Positions 30,165-38,171 of a DNA stretch of 64,000 nt are shown here, piece by piece. The stretch is from Armatimonadota bacterium (GTDB taxonomy: Bacteria; Armatimonadota; SYMT01). Under the pieces are notes generated by a model. It was given only the letters and a program-made list of their open reading frames with translations, did no database searches and was not told where the DNA came from. The stretch's first letter is position 1. Every line of letters begins with the position of its first letter. Location of the stretch: NCBI GenBank assembly GCA_046292385.1, contig JBKBRF010000003.1, positions 64,001 through 128,000 on the forward strand, in the 5' to 3' direction. The position numbers and the translations under genes were made by a program.

Positions 30165-31891
30165 TCTATCGGCCGCTCGTGCCGGCACTCCTCGTGCTTT
30201 CCGGACTGCTGTTCACCCAGCCTGGCTGCCGACCGGCGTCGACGGCTCAGGCCAAGCCCGCTGCGGACGACCGCGCTCCCGCCTTTCAGGACGTCACGGC
30301 GCAGGCGGGGATTGCGTTCCGGCACGATAACGGCGGCTTCGGAAAGAAGCTCTTCCCGGAGATCATGGGCTCCGGCGGAGCGTTCCTGGACGCGGATCAG
30401 GACGGCTGGCTGGATCTCTACCTGGTGAACTCTGAGACCCTGCCCGGCGCCTCGTCTCCCCGGCGACCCGTCAGCCGGTTCTACCGGAACCGCAGAGATG
30501 GAACCTTCGAGGACCAGACGGAGCGAAGCGGCCTGGGGCGCGTGGGATACGGGATGGGCGCCGCAGTCGGCGATGTCAACAACGACGGATACCCCGATCT
30601 CTACGTGACCGCCCTCGGTCCGGACCGGCTCTTCCTCAACCGCGGCGACGGCACCTTCGAAGAAATCTCGAAGAAAGCCGGACTCGGCGATCCGAGATTC
30701 GGCTCCAGTGCCACATTCCTGGACTACGACCGGGACGGAGACCAGGATCTCTACGTCTGCAACTACGTGCAGCTTCCGGACCCGATCGAGAAGATCGCCT
30801 GCCGCAATCCGGCCGGCGGGCTGCAGTACTGCGACGTCCACCTCTACGGAGGAGACCGGGACCGGCTGTACCGGAACAATGGGGACCTGACCTTTACCGA
30901 CGTGAGCGGACCCTCCGGCATCACGCGGCGCTCCTACCGCGGCCTTGCGGTACTGACCAGCGATTATGACCGGGACGGATGGGTCGACATCTTCGTCGCG
31001 AACGATGAGAATCCGTTGCTTCTCTGGCGGAACAACGGGGATGGGACGTTCACCGATGTGGCCGGCGAGAGCGGTGTAGCGTACGACGGCACAGGCCGAG
31101 TGGTTGCGGGAATGGGACTTGACATGGCCGACCTGAATCGGGACGGCCATCCGGAGCTGTACGAGACCGGATTCCAGGGTGAGCCAAATATCCTGTTTCA
31201 GATGGAGAGCGACGGTTGGTTTGTCGACCGCACCCAGAAGTGGGGTCTCGGCTCGGCCACCATGAGTCGGCTCGGCTTCGGCCTGGGGTTTCTCGATTTC
31301 GATCAAGACGGCTGGCGGGACCTGGTGATTGCCAACGGTCACGTCATCGATGACGTGCAGCAGTTTCAGCCGAGCGTGAGTTACGCGCAGACGGCCCAGC
31401 TCTTCCGGAATACGGGGGCTGGATTTCAGGATGTCTCTCCCCGTCTCGGCGACTATGCTGCACAGCAGCGCGTCGGGCGAGGGGCTATTCTGGGCGACTA
31501 CGATAACGACGGAGATGTCGACGTACTCTTTACCAACAACAACCAGGCACCCGCGCTCCTGCGAAACCTGATCAGCGAAGAACAGGGGCCCAATCACTGG
31601 ATCTCGATCCGCTGCGAAGGTACCACTTCTGCGCGAGATGCATACGGATCGGTAGTGGAGTTAGCAGCCGGAGGCGTGAGCCAAAAGCTGGAGGTTCGTG
31701 CTTCCGCAGGTTATCTGGGGAGCAACGATCCCCGTGTGAATTTCGGGCTTGGAAGGTCCGATCGTGTAGATCGAATTCTTGTCACCTGGCCGGATGGAAA
31801 ATCAGAGGAGTTCGGCGGTACTAGCGCAAACCAGCATGTAATGCTGCGGCAGGGCTCCGGCCGGATCGTGCCGGACCGGAGAGACCGGTAA
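30161..31891 (+). CDS. CRTAC1-family protein (FG-GAP plus ASPIC/UnbV), possibly a lipoprotein
   Basis: QPGC signal end; DxDxDGxxDLY repeats; RDAYGSVV...GYLGSND.RVNFGLG; ATGA overlap with the TPR gene. Confidence 0.9.
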   Translation: MIYRPLVPALLVLSGLLFTQPGCRPASTAQAKPAADDRAPAFQDVTAQAGIAFRHDNGGFGKKLFPEIMGSGGAFLDADQDGWLDLYLVNSETLPGASSPRRPVSRFYRNRRDGTFEDQTERSGLGRVGYGMGAAVGDVNNDGYPDLYVTALGPDRLFLNRGDGTFEEISKKAGLGDPRFGSSATFLDYDRDGDQDLYVCNYVQLPDPIEKIACRNPAGGLQYCDVHLYGGDRDRLYRNNGDLTFTDVSGPSGITRRSYRGLAVLTSDYDRDGWVDIFVANDENPLLLWRNNGDGTFTDVAGESGVAYDGTGRVVAGMGLDMADLNRDGHPELYETGFQGEPNILFQMESDGWFVDRTQKWGLGSATMSRLGFGLGFLDFDQDGWRDLVIANGHVIDDVQQFQPSVSYAQTAQLFRNTGAGFQDVSPRLGDYAAQQRVGRGAILGDYDNDGDVDVLFTNNNQAPALLRNLISEEQGPNHWISIRCEGTTSARDAYGSVVELAAGGVSQKLEVRASAGYLGSNDPRVNFGLGRSDRVDRILVTWPDGKSEEFGGTSANQHVMLRQGSGRIVPDRRDR

Positions 31892-31918
31892 TCCTACGAG
31901 TTACAGAGGAGTCTTCAG

Positions 31919-32182
31919 ATGAGCGTGCTTCCTCAGCGACTGTGGATGGTGATCGGGGCCGGAGTTCTCGTCTGCCTCATTGCGGGATGCGCCGGCTCCG
32001 CGAATGGAGCCTCCGGCAAGGATGCCGTAGAGGTCATGCCCGCGGAGAACCGGCAGCAGTACGAAGACCAGATGCGGCAGCGCATGCAGCCGGGCGGCGG
32101 AGCGCCGCCGGGAATGCAGCCCGGCGGGACGGCGCCCGGCGGGATGCAGCCAGGGGGAGTTCCGCCGCCCGGACCGCGGTAA
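31919..32182 (+). CDS. Small lipoprotein with Pro/Gly/Gln-rich tail
   Basis: GAGGAG RBS; LIAGC lipobox; MQPGG repeats. Confidence 0.75.
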   Translation: MSVLPQRLWMVIGAGVLVCLIAGCAGSANGASGKDAVEVMPAENRQQYEDQMRQRMQPGGGAPPGMQPGGTAPGGMQPGGVPPPGPR

Positions 32183-32208
32183 GGCGGCCCTCCAGAGAGA
32201 CTCAGCAG

Positions 32209-32238
32209 CGGGCACCGGGGAGCGCTCCCCGGTGCCCG
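32209..32238. terminator. Perfect 30-bp palindrome between convergent genes (probable bidirectional terminator)
   Basis: cgggcaccggggagc|gctccccggtgcccg. Confidence 0.65.
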
Positions 32239-32301
32239 TTGACGCTTTCCGGCCAGCCGGAACCGAAACTTGGAGCGTTCGGCTCGTGAACGGGTGCCGC
32301 G

Positions 32302-33474
32302 CTAAAGCAGCGTACTCGCAATCTCGAATTCCGCACGGGCTTCGTCGGCCCGTCCCTGCTTCAGATAAAGAGAAGCTCGAAGGCGGCGGATCTCGCGGTT
32401 GTCCGGATGCCGGCGAGCCGCCCGCTCGACCAGACGCTCGGCATCGGTAAGCCGGCCTTTTTCTAGTGCCTCCCGCGCCACCTTGTAGGCCAGATCCACG
32501 TCGTCCGGCCGGGCCTGGGCGCGGGCTTTGAGCGCCCCAAACCGCCGCGCTGCTTCTCGCTCCGCCTGAGCCCGGCGAAGGTAGGTGCTCGCTTCGCGAG
32601 GGTTGCCGCTGCGCCGCTCCAGCTGCGCGAGGCCGTAGAGGGCCTCTTCCTGACCGGGCTGCAGCTCCAGCGCTCGCATGAAGTGCTGCCGTGCCTGCCG
32701 GTGGTCCCCGCGGCGCACCGCCAGCTCCGCCAGCCGTTTGTGGGCACTCGCCGCACCGGGATTGTTGGGGATGGCGAGCTGATAGTGCTTCTCCGCCAGA
32801 TCCGCGGCGCCGGGGAGCTGGGGCCGGGCGAAGTAACTCTCGGCGAGCTGAAGGTGCAGGCCCGGGTTGTGCGGGTCGTGCTCCAGCCCTTCCTTCAGGA
32901 GCTGCTCCGCTTCTTCGAGCTTCTGCAGTTTGAGCAGGATATAGCCCGCCTTCAGGTACGCCAGCGAGAACCCGGGCGTCTGCCGCAGCGCCGCGCGGAA
33001 ACACTCCAGCGATCCGGCGAGATTATCATCCCGCAGCAGCAGCTCGCCTCGCACCGCCAGCGCATAGGTGTCGGCCGGAGCAGTTTTCAGTGCCTGGGCG
33101 ACTGCCCAGTAGGCCTCCTCCGTCCTCCGGGAGTCGAGATAGGCCTGGGCCAGCCGGGTGTAGTCTTCCGGGCGGGAAGATCCCTGCGCGATCGCCGTCT
33201 CCAGCGCCTGCACCGCCTGCGGAAGCCTGCGCTGCAGGAGGTAGAGGTTACCAAGCTGCGCGTACGCCGCTGCATACGCGGGGTTCTCCGCGATGCAGCG
33301 GCGCAGCTCCGACTCGGCCGTGCGCAGGTCTCCCGCTTCCAGGCTAGTGGTGCCGGCCAGATAGGACGCCGGTGTCGGCGGCGCACTGCCTCTTCGGAGC
33401 AGCCACCACCCACCGGCAGCGCCTCCCCCGATGACGAGCGCGGTGAGGAGCGCGAGCAGAACGCGGTAGTTCAT
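32302..33474 (-). CDS. Membrane-anchored TPR protein
   Basis: N-terminal TM (MNYRVLLALL...), multiple TPR units. Confidence 0.85.
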   Translation of the reverse strand: MNYRVLLALLTALVIGGGAAGGWWLLRRGSAPPTPASYLAGTTSLEAGDLRTAESELRRCIAENPAYAAAYAQLGNLYLLQRRLPQAVQALETAIAQGSSRPEDYTRLAQAYLDSRRTEEAYWAVAQALKTAPADTYALAVRGELLLRDDNLAGSLECFRAALRQTPGFSLAYLKAGYILLKLQKLEEAEQLLKEGLEHDPHNPGLHLQLAESYFARPQLPGAADLAEKHYQLAIPNNPGAASAHKRLAELAVRRGDHRQARQHFMRALELQPGQEEALYGLAQLERRSGNPREASTYLRRAQAEREAARRFGALKARAQARPDDVDLAYKVAREALEKGRLTDAERLVERAARRHPDNREIRRLRASLYLKQGRADEARAEFEIASTLL

Positions 33475-33537
33475 GCTGCTTCCAGTGGAGAGTACTGCCG
33501 AAGCAGTACCCTCCCGGTGTGTCACGCTACGCGGTTA

Positions 33538-34344
33538 CTAGTGCCCCTTCAGCGGGCAGGTGTTCTTGTTCACCGTCACCCCCTGGTCATCCACGTAGGT
33601 GGCGGACCAGCCCGCGTCCCAGCAGCCGCGGTTGTCCAGGTCCCCACCGCTCCACTGTCGCCGCTGGCACGGGAAGACCTGGGCGCAGCGCAGGGTCTTT
33701 ACGTGACCATCGGAATAGAGCATGTTGACCTGGTTCATGTGGCGGCTCTCGAACCCGGAGTGCCAGGGCACCGTGGCGCCGTCCTTGTTCCACGTGAAGT
33801 ACTGCGTGTGCGTTTCTTCCACGTAGTAGTAGTTCGCGTCGAACGCCACGAACATGTCGGCCGGGTTCGCGATGCTAGCGATGTTGATGCCTCGCACGTA
33901 TCCGGCGTTGGCGTTGTAGCCGTAGGACCCGCGCATCCACCGGACCCCGAGGCGCGGGTTGGTAGGCGTGCCAGGGTCCGCATCTTGGGGCAGGTCGTGG
34001 TCGTCCCAGTTGAGCCAGGGTGTGGGGTCGGACGGACAGACCATCACGCCCAGGTTCTTGACGTAGGGCTGGATCCGATAGAAGGCAATGGCCCGCCAGC
34101 CGCTCCCCTTTCCTTCGGTGGTCCACGCGTTCATCGGCGTGGTCTCGTCGTAGTCCTGGATGTACATCATCCAGCCGCTGCCGATCTGCTTCAGGTTACT
34201 CTGGCACGAAGCCTTCCGTGCCGATTCCCGTGCCTGCGCGAACACGGGGAAGAGGATGGCTGCAAGTATCGCGATAATCGCGATGACTACCAGCAGCTCG
34301 ATCAGCGTGAATGCCTTGGACAGGTTCCTAAGACGCATCCGCAT
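33538..34344 (-). CDS. DUF1559-type prepilin-like protein with H-X9-DG motif
   Basis: Class III signal [67 protein letters not shown] favours start 34338. Confidence 0.92.
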   Translation of the reverse strand: MRMRLRNLSKAFTLIELLVVIAIIAILAAILFPVFAQARESARKASCQSNLKQIGSGWMMYIQDYDETTPMNAWTTEGKGSGWRAIAFYRIQPYVKNLGVMVCPSDPTPWLNWDDHDLPQDADPGTPTNPRLGVRWMRGSYGYNANAGYVRGINIASIANPADMFVAFDANYYYVEETHTQYFTWNKDGATVPWHSGFESRHMNQVNMLYSDGHVKTLRCAQVFPCQRRQWSGGDLDNRGCWDAGWSATYVDDQGVTVNKNTCPLKGH

Positions 34345-34475
34345 CCTCCTGTTGTCCTAGAAAGGCCGCAGCACAGTACCTCGCGACCTTTCTGTGTCAA
34401 CTCAGTTCCAGAGGATGGAGCGTTCACCTTCTCGGGAAAGGCAGCCCCGGCAGATTTTTTTCTAAATTTCTGGAA

Positions 34476-35702
34476 CTAGCGGAGGGTACGGGTCGTATAA
34501 GCCCTCTCCAGGTCGTTGTGTGAGCCTCGGGTGGGGACCCGGATCCAGTGATCGGTGAAGGTGATGTGCAGCATGCTGCTGGAGTCCCGCGGCATGTGGC
34601 AGGAGACGCAGGCCTCCTTCGGGTTCACGGGACACGGCTTGCCGGTACTGCCTCGGGGCTTGGACGCGGGGGCGGTGGGGGTGTGGCAGCTCAGGCAGCG
34701 GCTCACGTAGTAGGCCTCGTCCTCGCGGGCATTCGAGTGCGGATCGTGACAGGAGAGGCAGGAGAGGCGGCCTGCGCTCTGTTTGAAGCACTCGCTCCTG
34801 GCGAGCCCGAGCGGCTGGAACCGCGCCATCCCCTCGTGGCCCGGGCCCACGTCCGGAGCAGTGTGGCATTCGCCGCAGAGCTCGTTGATCTGCACCGCGG
34901 AGCGCTTTTCCGGGCGCGCAGGCACCGCGCCCGCCCGGAAAAGCCTTACGTGCTCCTGACGCGGACCGTGGCACCGCTCGCAGCGGATGCCCAACTCGCT
35001 CCGGGCGAGGTCGAGCCGCACCTGGCTGGAGGGGGTGCCCGCCTGCTCCACTCCCGTCGCGCGCAGCACCGTGGTGTGGCAGGAAAAGCAGAGTGCGGTG
35101 TCGGCCGGGCCAAGCGGACGGCCCAGGGGCTGCTCCAGGAGGGTCGGCAGCGGCTTCTCCTGGCCGGAGGTGAAGTCCCAGCGCCCGATCTTGCGGTAGT
35201 AGTTCAGGCGCGCGTCCAGATACTCGTGGTCGCCGGTCTTTCCCAGGTATGCGAAGGCGCGGCGGCCGGAGCCGAACTCAAAATCGAGCGGCTGCCGGGC
35301 CTCTGCGCCCGCCCGCTGCACCGAGATGGCGCAGCGGCTGCCGTCGCGCACCATCTCATAACGGGCCCCGGTGTCGGGATCGACCACCCCTTGCCCATTG
35401 CCGACCGGCGAGCGCGGCTCGGTCGCTTTCAGGGAGCGCAGCGTCAGCGCGTGGGCGCTCTCCGCCTGGCGATCGTAGATCTCCTGATGACATTCACGGC
35501 ACGACTCGCTTCCCGCAAAGCGACCATGGACCGGTTCCCATCCGGTAGCGGCACGTCGCACCGCAGGCGGGGGAGGGCTCCACTCGACGAACCGGTACGC
35601 GGCAGCGAGGAGCGCCAGCAGCAGCACGATAGCGACGGCGGTGAGGTACGAAGCCCGGACCCGGGGAGTGCGACGAACGGCGGCGCTCTGGTGGGTGCTC
35701 AT
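34476..35702 (-). CDS. Membrane-anchored multiheme c-type cytochrome (7 CxxCH)
   Basis: CRECH, CFSCH, CERCH, CGECH, CLSCH x2, CVSCH; C-terminal FTDHWIR; N-terminal TM. Confidence 0.88.
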   Translation of the reverse strand: MSTHQSAAVRRTPRVRASYLTAVAIVLLLALLAAAYRFVEWSPPPPAVRRAATGWEPVHGRFAGSESCRECHQEIYDRQAESAHALTLRSLKATEPRSPVGNGQGVVDPDTGARYEMVRDGSRCAISVQRAGAEARQPLDFEFGSGRRAFAYLGKTGDHEYLDARLNYYRKIGRWDFTSGQEKPLPTLLEQPLGRPLGPADTALCFSCHTTVLRATGVEQAGTPSSQVRLDLARSELGIRCERCHGPRQEHVRLFRAGAVPARPEKRSAVQINELCGECHTAPDVGPGHEGMARFQPLGLARSECFKQSAGRLSCLSCHDPHSNAREDEAYYVSRCLSCHTPTAPASKPRGSTGKPCPVNPKEACVSCHMPRDSSSMLHITFTDHWIRVPTRGSHNDLERAYTTRTLR

Positions 35703-35824
35703 GGGGTACTGCCGGGTCGACGAGTGACTACCGCATCTGGGTTCCCGTTATCTAGTGTTCAGTCTGGCTCCTTCTTTCAATCTGCGAGCGCGAGGGCCGG
35801 CCCCGGGTGCGGAAGCCGGCCGGG

Positions 35825-36508
35825 TTAGGGCTTCAGCTCTCGCAGCTTAAGGTCGCGATAGGCGGCGGAGGTGCGGAAGGTGGCGATGCCGAGCGGTTTC
35901 GAGAGGCTGATGCTGCCCGGCCGCAGGCTGATCTTCCGGCCCTGGATGTCCTGGTCCACGATCTTCTCGTCGTCCAGCCAGGTCTCCAGCCGGGTCGGCG
36001 TCACCCGCATCCGGACCCGGTACCACCGGTCCTTCACCAGGTCCAGGTAGCGGGTGGTGGCGTTCTGGGACGCGTCGGAGTTGTCGATGCTGGAGATTCC
36101 GCTCACCGGACCGCCCCAGCCGCCGACGATCAGGGTGGCGTGCGAGTCGGCCACGGGGAAGGTGAGGCCGAGCATGAAGTCTTCGCCCTCGATCTTCAGC
36201 ACCTCGAGCGAGATCTCGTAGCTCGTCTTCGGCATCTCTCCTGTCCAGTTGAAGCCGCTCAGCGTCTCCCCGGCGCCGACCACGATCGCCCCCGGGCCGC
36301 CGCGGAACGACTTCTCCACCCGCACCTCGCCGCCGCCGGCGAACTCGGTCCGCTTCCAGCCGGCGAGCGACTTGCCGTCGAACAACGGCTTCCAGGCGGG
36401 CTCTTCCTTCTTCTCCTTCTCCTCCTGCGCCCAGGCGGCGGCCTGGGAGGCGAGCGGGAGACCGGCGAGAGCGACCAGCACGGCGCGGCGGGTGAACGGG
36501 GTCGACAT
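35825..36508 (-). CDS. DUF1080 (3-keto-disaccharide hydrolase-like) protein, Tat-like signal
   Basis: AGGAAG RBS; TRRAVL signal; WKPLFDGKSLAGW; C-terminal AAYRDLKLREL. Confidence 0.85.
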   Translation of the reverse strand: MSTPFTRRAVLVALAGLPLASQAAAWAQEEKEKKEEPAWKPLFDGKSLAGWKRTEFAGGGEVRVEKSFRGGPGAIVVGAGETLSGFNWTGEMPKTSYEISLEVLKIEGEDFMLGLTFPVADSHATLIVGGWGGPVSGISSIDNSDASQNATTRYLDLVKDRWYRVRMRVTPTRLETWLDDEKIVDQDIQGRKISLRPGSISLSKPLGIATFRTSAAYRDLKLRELKP

Positions 36509-36692
36509 GGCACTGACTTCCTTTCGCAGCGCGAGCCGGGCGGGCTCGGCGCCTCGACTCTGCAGTTGTCCACGCCGGAGCCGGAACTCCTGCTCCCGGG
36601 CGTGTTGAAGTTGCTTTGACGATCCCGCCGGGGCGGGGTAGCTTACCAGTGGCCGGCGCGCGGCGTGCGGCGCGGCCGAAGGAGAACCACGG

Positions 36693-36887
36693 ATGGCGCA
36701 TACCCTGACCGACGAAGACATTCTCGTGACCCGTCTCCAGACCCCTCGCGTCCCCGGCGCCCAGCCGTATGCGGCGTTCGACGCGGACGGCACCGACGCG
36801 GACGGCACCGATGCGGACGGCACCGACGCGGACGGCACGGACGGCTCCGGCGATGCGGACACCACCGACAGCAAGGGCGACCAGTAA
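36693..36887 (+). CDS. Putative RiPP-like precursor peptide: 29-aa leader plus 35-aa Asp/Gly/Thr-rich core with (DADGT)4
   Basis: AAGGAG RBS at 36679-36684; 15-nt repeats vary only at synonymous positions of this frame; directly upstream of the JmjC gene. Confidence 0.78.
   Translation: MAHTLTDEDILVTRLQTPRVPGAQPYAAFDADGTDADGTDADGTDADGTDGSGDADTTDSKGDQ
36780..36839 (+). repeat. 15-nt coding tandem repeat x4 (GAY GCG GAC GGC ACS)
   Basis: Read directly; encodes DADGT x4. Confidence 0.9.
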
Positions 36888-36910
36888 CCTTCCCTCGTCC
36901 ACCGTCCCTA

Positions 36911-36957
36911 CAAGCCGCGACAGCCCCGGGAGGCTCTCGCGGCTTGCTGTTTCTTTC
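36911..36957 (+). terminator. Intergenic stem-loop with T-rich tail between the peptide gene and JmjC gene
   Basis: caagccgcga..agcc-loop-ggct..tcgcggcttg followed by ctgtttctttc. Confidence 0.65.
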
Positions 36958-36965
36958 ACGCTGCC

Positions 36966-38171
36966 ATGAGCTATCCGGACGCCTTCACGCTGGAGCGACT
37001 CCTCGCGCCGGTGACCCCCGCCGTCTTCCTGGCGGAGTACTGGGAGCAGCGCCCCCTGGTGCTGCCGCGCGCGGACCGCGGCTACTACCGGGAGCTGCTC
37101 TCCGCGGCCGACGTGGACCGCCTGGTCACCACCTCCGACCTGACCTATCCGGAGTTCCGGCTGGTGCGGGACGGCGCGCCGCTGCCGCTCTCCGAGTACA
37201 CGAAGACCGCGCACGCCTCCGGCGGCGTCACCCGGCGCGTGGCCGATCCGGACCGGATCGTGGAGCAGTACGGGCAGGGCGCCACGGTGATCCTGCAGGG
37301 GCTGCACCGGAGCTGGACGCCGCTCGCCGCTCTCTGCCGCAGCCTGGAGACAGTGCTCTCTCACCCGGCGCAGACCAACATCTACGTCACGCCGCCCGGG
37401 TCGCAGGGCTTCGCGCCGCACTACGACACGCACGACGTCTTCATCCTCCAGATCGACGGCTCCAAGCACTGGCGCCTCTACGACTCGCCGGTGCCGCTCC
37501 CGGACCGCTCCCAGCCCTACAAGGAGGAAGGCTCTCCGGAGGGCCGGCTGCTGCACGAGCTGGACCTCGGCCCCGGCGACCTCCTCTACCTGCCGCGCGG
37601 CTTCATCCACGAGGCGCTCACCTCGCAGGAGCGGTCGATCCACGTCACGCTCGGCATCACCGGCTTCACCTGGCTCGACCTGCTGGCGGGGGCGGCCGCG
37701 GCCTGCCGCGACGACGTCCGCTTCCGCCGTACTCTGCCGCCCGGCTTCGCGCAGAGCGAGGAGCTGCGCGCGGAGATGGCCGCGGAGCTGGTGGTGCTGG
37801 CGGAGGCGCTGCGGAACCCGGAGACGGCCCGGCGAGCGGTGGAGGCGGTGACCGACCGCTTCATCCACACCCGCCGGCCGGTGGGCGGCGACCGGCTCTT
37901 CGTCGCGGAGAGCCTGGCGGAGCTCGACCTCCGGACGCGGGTCTGCCGCCGCCCGGAGGTGCTCTTCCGCCTCTGCTGGGAGGGCGAGCGAGTGCGGCTG
38001 GCGTTCCATGGGAAGCAGGTGGAGCTGCCGGCCTACGCCGCCGCCTCCCTCGCCTTCTGCACCCGTGCCGAGCCGTTCACCGCCGCCGAGCTTCCGCCGG
38101 AGCTGGATGAGCCGGGGCGGCTGGTCCTGCTCCGGCGGCTGCTGCGGGAAGGCTTTCTCCGCCATGCCTAG
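36966..38171 (+). CDS. JmjC/Cupin_4 Fe(II)/2-oxoglutarate oxygenase (ROXA/NO66-like) with C-terminal winged-helix-like domain
   Basis: FLAEYWEQRPL; QTNIYVTPPGSQGFAPHYDTHDVFILQIDGSKHW (HxD and 2OG Lys); LGPGDLLYLPRGFIHEA (third ligand); SIHVTLG; tail LVLLRRLLREGFL. Confidence 0.9.
   Translation: MSYPDAFTLERLLAPVTPAVFLAEYWEQRPLVLPRADRGYYRELLSAADVDRLVTTSDLTYPEFRLVRDGAPLPLSEYTKTAHASGGVTRRVADPDRIVEQYGQGATVILQGLHRSWTPLAALCRSLETVLSHPAQTNIYVTPPGSQGFAPHYDTHDVFILQIDGSKHWRLYDSPVPLPDRSQPYKEEGSPEGRLLHELDLGPGDLLYLPRGFIHEALTSQERSIHVTLGITGFTWLDLLAGAAAACRDDVRFRRTLPPGFAQSEELRAEMAAELVVLAEALRNPETARRAVEAVTDRFIHTRRPVGGDRLFVAESLAELDLRTRVCRRPEVLFRLCWEGERVRLAFHGKQVELPAYAAASLAFCTRAEPFTAAELPPELDEPGRLVLLRRLLREGFLRHA

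Noticed and set aside
35825..36874. 349-aa ORF with an SASVP-repeat N-terminus on DUF1080
   Set aside because: The extension is the antisense reading of the DADGT repeats. A proper RBS and Tat-like signal place the start at 36508.
36769..36969. 66-aa RTAPT-repeat ORF
   Set aside because: Alternative frame of the precursor gene, with no RBS and a non-synonymous repeat variant.
38008..38163. Upstream start for the sucrase-ferredoxin gene
   Set aside because: It lies deep inside the JmjC gene; ATG 38164 overlapping the stop fits coupling and the domain start.
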